Source: Myxococcota bacterium (GTDB lineage Bacteria > Myxococcota > JACRCW01). Taken from it: a stretch of 64,000 nt of DNA. This document shows positions 58,091 through 64,000 of this stretch, in pieces. The stretch's first letter is position 1; each line of letters starts with the position of its first letter. Location of the stretch: the NCBI GenBank assembly GCA_040752415.1, contig JBFMGU010000006.1:25006-89005 (forward strand), read 5' to 3'. The translations under genes were made by a program, and so were the position numbers. The notes below the pieces were generated by a model. The model ran no database searches. It had not been told where the DNA came from and worked only from the letters and a program-made list of their open reading frames with translations.

Positions 58091-61000
58091 TCATCCCTCC
58101 CCGCCGCGCGCGTGCAGGATCGCCGCCAGGATGCGGTCGCGGCGGGAGAGCCGCGGGTCGGGGTGCACGGCGATACCACTGGCCACGTGACGCATCGGCT
58201 CCTCGGGACGACGCTCCCAGGTCAGCGTGCCCGGCACATTGTCAGCCACCGGTTCCTGGCCCGCGCGCCGCGTCCGACGGAACGTCGCCATCTTCTCGTC
58301 GCGTGCACGCACCGCCGCCACGCCATCACCACCTTCCAGGAGCTCGACGCGCACCAGGATCCGTCGGGGCGGCATCCCGGGGGCGGCCAGCAGCGCGTAG
58401 CCGGTCAGCGGTTGCAGGAGCGCACGGATGCCCGGCCCCGAGTACACCCGCAGCGCGCGCTTGATGGGACGCGCTCCGTGCGCATGTCGATCCCGCCACT
58501 CTCCCTCCGCCTCCGCCAGGAAGGCGCGCAGGTTCCGCTCCGGGAGCGCGTGGATGACGTCGTCGATGAGCGCGGAGGCAACGTCGGAGGAGGCGGGCTC
58601 CACCAGCACGGTGACCACCTCGTGCTGCGCGCGCGCCGCGGCGTGCACCTGGTGCGCCAGGATGGTCGCCCGCTCCCACAGCGTCGCAATCCGCGCCCGC
58701 GCCACCTTGAGCGCACCTTCGCGGTTCACCTGCAGCGGCGTCTCGGTGAACACCTGCGTGGGCTTGGGATTCCTGTCGTCCCTGCGCAGCGCGCCGGTCA
58801 GGTCCCGAACGTACGTCTCCTCGAGGTACGTGGTCTCCGCCAGCTCCCCTTCGGCCAGCTCCTGTACCTGCTCCGCCACCGACGAGAGCTCGTCCAGCAG
58901 CTCCAGCGCGCCCACGTGCGTGGGGTCATCCCCGCCGGCCTGCAGCATCCGTGAACGGGCGTCCTTGAGACGTTGCACCGCCTCGGAATCCAGGAGGCGC
59001 TGCACCAGGTCCTGCGTGGCTCGGAAGCGCTGCGCCGTCTCGACCGTGCTCCAACGCTCGCTGTCGACGACGCCAGGCAGCGCGTCCGCGGGACGCAGCG
59101 CGGTGACGGTCAATCCCATGTCCTCGCCACGACGGAACAGCTCCACGCGGGAGAAGTCCTCCGTGCGACGACGCACCAGGTGATGCGCCAGGGGCACGGT
59201 GAGCTTGCGCTCCAGGGCCCGCTTGAGCGGTCGTGCGCCGTAGCGCGGGTCAAACGCCTTCTCCACGAGCAGGTCAAGCAGCTCCGGCTCCACCTCGACG
59301 AGGACGTTGCCACGCTGGATGCCGCGCCGGCCCAGCAGGTCGGTCAGCGCGTGCTCCACCACCACGCGCAGCGCGTCTGGCCCCAGGGAGCGGAACGGCA
59401 CCACGCGGTCAATGCGGTTGAAGAACTCCGGGCGGAAGAACTTCCGGGCCGCGGTGATGTAGTGACGTCGGGATTCCTCCTCGTCGTGCGCGTTGAAGCC
59501 GGTGCGGGATGCCGCCTCGCGCACGCCCAGGTTGCTGGTCATGATGATGACGCTCTGGCGCGCGTCGGCGGTGCGACCGGTGGCGTCGGTGATGCGGCCT
59601 TCCCCCAGCAACTGCAGCAACGCGTCGAAGACCCGCGGATGGGCCTTCTCCACTTCGTCGAACAGGATGACGCGGAAGGGCTGCGTGCGCAGCGCCAGCG
59701 TCAACTCGCCTTCCGGAGCGCCGGAGTGGCCCACCAGCCGCGTCACGCTGTACGGCGTGTTGAACTCCGACATGTCGAAGCGCAACAAGCGTGACGCGCT
59801 GCCAAACAGGTACGCGGCCAGCGCCTTGGCGGTCTCCGTCTTCCCCACGCCGGTGGGCCCGACGAAGAGGAACGTGCCCAGCGGCTTGTCCGGGTCGCTC
59901 AGCGCGTGCTGCATGGCCACCACCACGTCGGTGACCGCCTCCACCGCCTCCGGCTGGCCCACCACCATGGCGCCCAGGTTCGCCTGGATCTGCGCCCGCG
60001 TGCGGGCCCGCTCCTGCCCCGTGACGAACGAGGGAAGACCGGTCTGCCGCTGCAGCGTGGCAAAGACGTGGTCGGTCTCCAGGCGTTTCACGCCGGTATT
60101 CTGCGCCAGCACGGCCTTGAGGAGCCGCACCGCTTTTCCCGGAAAGGCGTCATGCGCCAGGAAGCGACGGGTGAGATGCAGCACGCTCTCCAGCGCCGCG
60201 GGAGAAAGACGCACGCCGGTGGTGGTGCTCTCCTCGCTCTCCAGGTCGCGCAGCGTGCCCAGCAGCACCGGCAACGTCTCGCGGTCCGTGAGCGGCGGAA
60301 CGGGAATGACACGGAACAGCGACGCAAAGGTGGGCGCCTCCTCACGCAGCTTCTGGAAACGCTCCGGCGTGCACTCCGCAATGACGGTGAGCTCCCCGCG
60401 CGCCAGGTGCGGCTCCAGGAACTGCGCCACGTTCGTGCTCCGCTTGGCGGTGCGCCCCGCGTAGACCAACGAGGTCAGGTCGTCGACGTAGAGGATGTCA
60501 CCGGTGTCGACGAGCTCTTCCATGAGCTTGCGGGCGCGCTCCTCCCACTGCCCCACGTACATCATGCCGGCGATGAACCGGTTTCCGTCGACACGCCACA
60601 CGTCGCGACGCGAGTTGGCGGCGTGGTGGATGTGGTGGAGCCGACGCGTGAGCTCATGGATGAGCGCCGTCTTCCCCACGCCGGAAGGCCCCACCAGGCA
60701 CAGCGCCACGCCCTCCCGGGCATGCAACTCGTCGACAAGCGTCCGCACCAACGCTTCCCGGCCGAAAGCACGCTCCAGCCGCTCATCCATGGCCGCGTGG
60801 GTGAGATTGCGCGCCACCTCCCGCAGCGTGGTGGCACTGAGGCGTCGACGCTTGCGCCTCTCCTCCTTCTCCTCCGCGGTCTCCGGGGGCTTGGTCTCGT
60901 CGGGTTTCCGTCGGGGCGCGCGCAGGCGGGGGCGCGGCGCCGTGGGCAGGATGGAGGGCAGGTATGCATCCACCTCCAGGATGTCCAGACGCTCCCTGCG

Positions 61001-61453
61001 CGCCGCGTGGTAGTCCACCAGGCGCTCCACGCGGTTCTTCAGGCACCACGTCGACAACGCGCGCGCGGTGGCCGCTTCCAGCTCCTCGGGTCGACGGATG
61101 GCGAAGCGCGCCTGCGGCAGACGCGTGGGCGTGGCAATCCACACCTCGTCGCGCGGCCACTTCTCCAGCAGGATGCCCAGCGTCCCCTTCAGCTCGTATT
61201 TCCGACGACGGTGCCGGTCGCGCGCCACGGTGTCGACCTTCACGTGTTTCAGCGAGACCTGCGGCGGGAGCTGATAGGCGCCCAGGTGCTCCGCGCCCGC
61301 GGCCTCGAAGTCCTCCATCACCGCCAGCGCCAGGTCATCCCGCATCTCCGCCAGCGACGGGCCCACCTTTCGGATGTCCGGAAAATGCGGCAGCCACGCC
61401 TCGACGTGACGCGCCGAGTGATGCACCACCACGAGGGGAAGCTTCAGCTCCAT
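58091..61453 (-). CDS. ClpA/B-like double AAA+ ATPase, paralog A, with long C-terminal extension
   Basis: GPSGVGKT and GPTGVGKT; FDEVEKA; TSNLG; FRPEFFNRID; YGARPLKR. Confidence 0.9.
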   Translation of the reverse strand: MELKLPLVVVHHSARHVEAWLPHFPDIRKVGPSLAEMRDDLALAVMEDFEAAGAEHLGAYQLPPQVSLKHVKVDTVARDRHRRRKYELKGTLGILLEKWPRDEVWIATPTRLPQARFAIRRPEELEAATARALSTWCLKNRVERLVDYHAARRERLDILEVDAYLPSILPTAPRPRLRAPRRKPDETKPPETAEEKEERRKRRRLSATTLREVARNLTHAAMDERLERAFGREALVRTLVDELHAREGVALCLVGPSGVGKTALIHELTRRLHHIHHAANSRRDVWRVDGNRFIAGMMYVGQWEERARKLMEELVDTGDILYVDDLTSLVYAGRTAKRSTNVAQFLEPHLARGELTVIAECTPERFQKLREEAPTFASLFRVIPVPPLTDRETLPVLLGTLRDLESEESTTTGVRLSPAALESVLHLTRRFLAHDAFPGKAVRLLKAVLAQNTGVKRLETDHVFATLQRQTGLPSFVTGQERARTRAQIQANLGAMVVGQPEAVEAVTDVVVAMQHALSDPDKPLGTFLFVGPTGVGKTETAKALAAYLFGSASRLLRFDMSEFNTPYSVTRLVGHSGAPEGELTLALRTQPFRVILFDEVEKAHPRVFDALLQLLGEGRITDATGRTADARQSVIIMTSNLGVREAASRTGFNAHDEEESRRHYITAARKFFRPEFFNRIDRVVPFRSLGPDALRVVVEHALTDLLGRRGIQRGNVLVEVEPELLDLLVEKAFDPRYGARPLKRALERKLTVPLAHHLVRRRTEDFSRVELFRRGEDMGLTVTALRPADALPGVVDSERWSTVETAQRFRATQDLVQRLLDSEAVQRLKDARSRMLQAGGDDPTHVGALELLDELSSVAEQVQELAEGELAETTYLEETYVRDLTGALRRDDRNPKPTQVFTETPLQVNREGALKVARARIATLWERATILAHQVHAAARAQHEVVTVLVEPASSDVASALIDDVIHALPERNLRAFLAEAEGEWRDRHAHGARPIKRALRVYSGPGIRALLQPLTGYALLAAPGMPPRRILVRVELLEGGDGVAAVRARDEKMATFRRTRRAGQEPVADNVPGTLTWERRPEEPMRHVASGIAVHPDPRLSRRDRILAAILHARGGEG

Positions 61454-61639
61454 GGCTGACGGGTGGTGATATCACGTCGCCGGGCTCGGTCACCTGACGG
61501 AGGATCCGGTTTGGTGCGTCGATCCACGCCGGACAACTGACCGATGAAGCACTACCGACGCGCATCGGTCCCCCCCGGGAAACGGATAACTGAAGCGTCC
61601 TTCCCTCCGGGGCGGGCTGCCGGAGAGCTGGAGGTTGCC

Positions 61640-63799
61640 ATGCGTCGGATGTCGTTGGTGATGCTGCTGCCGTTGGTGCTGGTGCGTTGCCAGTGCGAGG
61701 ACGAGCTGAGCGCGGTGGATGGCAGCATCACCGGCAAGGTTTGCGACATCCGCACCGGCAAGGGCGCCGCGGGCATCACCGCCGCCGTCGAGCTGCCGGG
61801 CTCCGGTCGCGTGGAGGCCGTAAGCGAGGCCGGGGGCGCGTTCAGCATGAAGGTCCCCTCCGGAACCTATGACGTGGTGATCACGCAGACCCTGGAGGGC
61901 GGCCGCACCGAGCAGCGGACCATTCCCGGCGTGGAGGTGCGCAGCGACGAGGAGACGGTGATGGGTGGAGACCCGGCGTGCCTGGCGGAGGAGACGCCGG
62001 ATGGAACGTGTTGGGTGCGCGGACGGGTCTGCAACCGGCACACCGGCATGTGGGTGGGCAACGCCGTGGTGGTTGTCTCCCTCCCCGACGGAACCGTGAT
62101 CGAAACCGCCACCGACGCGGAGGGCAACTTCCGGCTCGAGGGTGTCCCCGAAGGCGAGCACGTGGTGGCCATCCAGAGCGCCACCTACCAGCGCGCCTAC
62201 GCCGTCACGTGCGTGGCGGAGCAGGAGTCGTTGCTGGCCAGCGTGGCGGAGTGTCGTGGCGTGGACCCGGTGAGCGGCGGCGTGGAAGGCCTGATGTGCG
62301 CGCCCAACGGCACCGGCCCCATGACCAACGCCCTGGCGTACATCGACGTGGACGGCGTCCGCGTATCCGACGCGCTGGACCTGGAAGGGCACTTCATCCT
62401 GACGGGAATCCCCCCGGGCCGGCGCGAGCTGGTGATCCAGCAGGACGCGTACGTTCGCCGCCTCGACGTCGACATCATGGCCAACCAGATTGTCCGCGTG
62501 GGCCCCACGGTGTGCACCGCGCCCGACCCCGACAGCACCGGCTGCGTGGAAGGCATGTTGTGCAACCCGGGCGCCAACGGCGGCGCGCTCGTCGGGGCCA
62601 CGGTGCTCCTGGACGTCCCCGGCGGCACGCTGGAGGACAGCACCGACGAGCTCGGCCGTTTCCGCTTCTGTGGCGTGGAGGCCGGTGATCACCTGATCCG
62701 CGTGCCCGGTGAGCAGGAGACCACCTACAGCGTGACGGTGCAGGCCGGTCAGACCGCCAGCGTGATTCCCCAGGCGGTGTGCGACGAGCCCGACGTCACC
62801 ATCCCGCCCGGCGAGGTGCGCGGCCGCATCTGCGCGCCCAACGGCACCACGTGGCTCGCCAACGCGCGCGTCTGGGTTGAGCTCGCCGACGGCGGAGTCA
62901 TCGAGTCGCAGACCGACCCCGAGGGGCGCTTCACGCTCACCGGCGTGCCGGTGGGGACGTACACCGTCAACGTGGCGGCGGGCAGCTTCACCACCACCAT
63001 CCCCGGCGTGGAGGTGCGTGAGAACGAGATCACGCAGGTGGGCGACACCCCTGACGAGTGCGTGCCGCTGGAGGACCGCAAGATCGCCGTCGTCACCGGC
63101 GCGTATGACAAGGTGCAGGTGGTGCTGGGTCGGCTGGGGCTCAACCAGATTGACCTGTACCACGGCGGTGACAGCAGCTCTCCGCTCTCCCAGACGCGCG
63201 GCGACTACCGCACCGAGCTGCTGGGCAACTACGAGCGCATGCAGGAATACGAGGTCATCTTCTTCAACTGCGGCATGGATGACACCTTCCTCGCCGACGC
63301 CGCGAACCGCCAGGTGGCCATCGACAACCTGCGCGCCTTCGTGGCCTCCGGAAAGAGCGTGTACGCCTCGGATTGGGCCTATGACCTGGTGGAGGTGGCG
63401 TGGCCGGACTTCGTGGACTTCCACGAGGATGACGGGAACCGCAACCTGGCCCAGGTGGGCGACGAGGGCGAGAACGTGACGGCGTCGGTGACGGACGCGG
63501 CGCTGCGCAACGCGCTGGGTACGGCGGAGGTGAGCATCAACTTCAACCTGCAGCGCTGGGCGCTGGTGTCCAACGTCTCCAGCGGCACCACGGTGTACAT
63601 CCGCGGCAACGTGGTGGGCTGCGTGTCGGCGCACGCGGGTCCGTGCACCAATCCCATCCAGGCCAACAACGCGCCGCTCACCGTGGGCTTCCACCCGTCG
63701 GCGGACAGCGGCAAGGTCATCTACACGTCCTTCCACCAGGAAGAGCAGGGCACGCAGGACATGGACACCATCCTGGAGCTCATGGTGTTCGAGTTGTGA
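61640..63799 (+). CDS. Exported protein with five carboxypeptidase-regulatory-like repeats and a C-terminal alpha/beta domain
   Basis: GGAGG RBS; repeats V.G..C......A.V......TD.EG.F.L.GVP.G; C-terminal IAVVTG.YD...FFNCG...YASDW...GKVIYTSFH. Confidence 0.82.
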   Translation: MRRMSLVMLLPLVLVRCQCEDELSAVDGSITGKVCDIRTGKGAAGITAAVELPGSGRVEAVSEAGGAFSMKVPSGTYDVVITQTLEGGRTEQRTIPGVEVRSDEETVMGGDPACLAEETPDGTCWVRGRVCNRHTGMWVGNAVVVVSLPDGTVIETATDAEGNFRLEGVPEGEHVVAIQSATYQRAYAVTCVAEQESLLASVAECRGVDPVSGGVEGLMCAPNGTGPMTNALAYIDVDGVRVSDALDLEGHFILTGIPPGRRELVIQQDAYVRRLDVDIMANQIVRVGPTVCTAPDPDSTGCVEGMLCNPGANGGALVGATVLLDVPGGTLEDSTDELGRFRFCGVEAGDHLIRVPGEQETTYSVTVQAGQTASVIPQAVCDEPDVTIPPGEVRGRICAPNGTTWLANARVWVELADGGVIESQTDPEGRFTLTGVPVGTYTVNVAAGSFTTTIPGVEVRENEITQVGDTPDECVPLEDRKIAVVTGAYDKVQVVLGRLGLNQIDLYHGGDSSSPLSQTRGDYRTELLGNYERMQEYEVIFFNCGMDDTFLADAANRQVAIDNLRAFVASGKSVYASDWAYDLVEVAWPDFVDFHEDDGNRNLAQVGDEGENVTASVTDAALRNALGTAEVSINFNLQRWALVSNVSSGTTVYIRGNVVGCVSAHAGPCTNPIQANNAPLTVGFHPSADSGKVIYTSFHQEEQGTQDMDTILELMVFEL

Positions 63800-63885
63800 A
63801 GGAGTGAGCTGGCCGTTTCGGAACGGCACCGCGACCCACGTCAACACGGGTCACGAAGCGGGACACCGGGAAGAGCGGCGCCCTG

Positions 63886-64000
63886 GAGAGGGTGTCTCGG
63901 AATATCTGGCGGCGATTGAACCGGAAACCCCGGTCACCCGGCCGCGAGGCGGAGGAGACCCTTGTTCCAGGCCGGGAGCAGCTTCCTCAGGTTGTGAGCG
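63886..64000 (-). mobile_element. Probable right end of an IS1182-like insertion sequence (transposase C-terminus 63934-64000 plus terminal repeat)
   Basis: Minus-strand frame reads AHNLRKLLPAWNKGLLRLAAG*; AHNLRKL is typical of IS1182/IS5-group DDE C-termini; GAGAGGGTGTCTCGGAATA lies about 30 bp past the stop. Confidence 0.55.

Overview
GC-rich bacterial window. The gene content (many Cys-rich/Ser-rich lipoproteins, CsgG-like exported proteins) suggests a Myxococcota-like organism, which is an inference. There are about 60 plausible CDSs, including gpmA, argS, an amine-catabolism-like cluster, a PAS hybrid kinase, TetR and ArsR modules and a HipBST-type toxin-antitoxin operon with four palindromic operators. 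Several families of long intergenic inverted repeats (REP/REPIN/MITE-like) are present, plus a probable IS end at the right edge. I saw no rRNA, tRNA or CRISPR array. The most striking signal is a tandem pair of ClpA-like double-AAA+ ATPase genes separated by 1 bp (55324-61453, minus strand). Both replace the Clp N-domain with HicB-like folds, have a degenerate first ATPase ring and keep a ClpP-docking-type xGF loop. Both end in a region resembling release factor RF2 without GGQ or SPF, which is clear in the downstream paralog and degenerate in the upstream one. This is a candidate ribosome-targeted or RF-mimic unfoldase/protease adaptor. Other oddities: a PEP synthase lacking its phospho-His domain, a tandem-rhodanese lacking its catalytic Cys, an ArgRS with a long helical insertion, a small membrane ORF coupled to an NCS1 permease, and a local duplication scar around an ArsR-SRPBCC cassette. 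All protein-family calls come from motif recognition by eye, not database searches.
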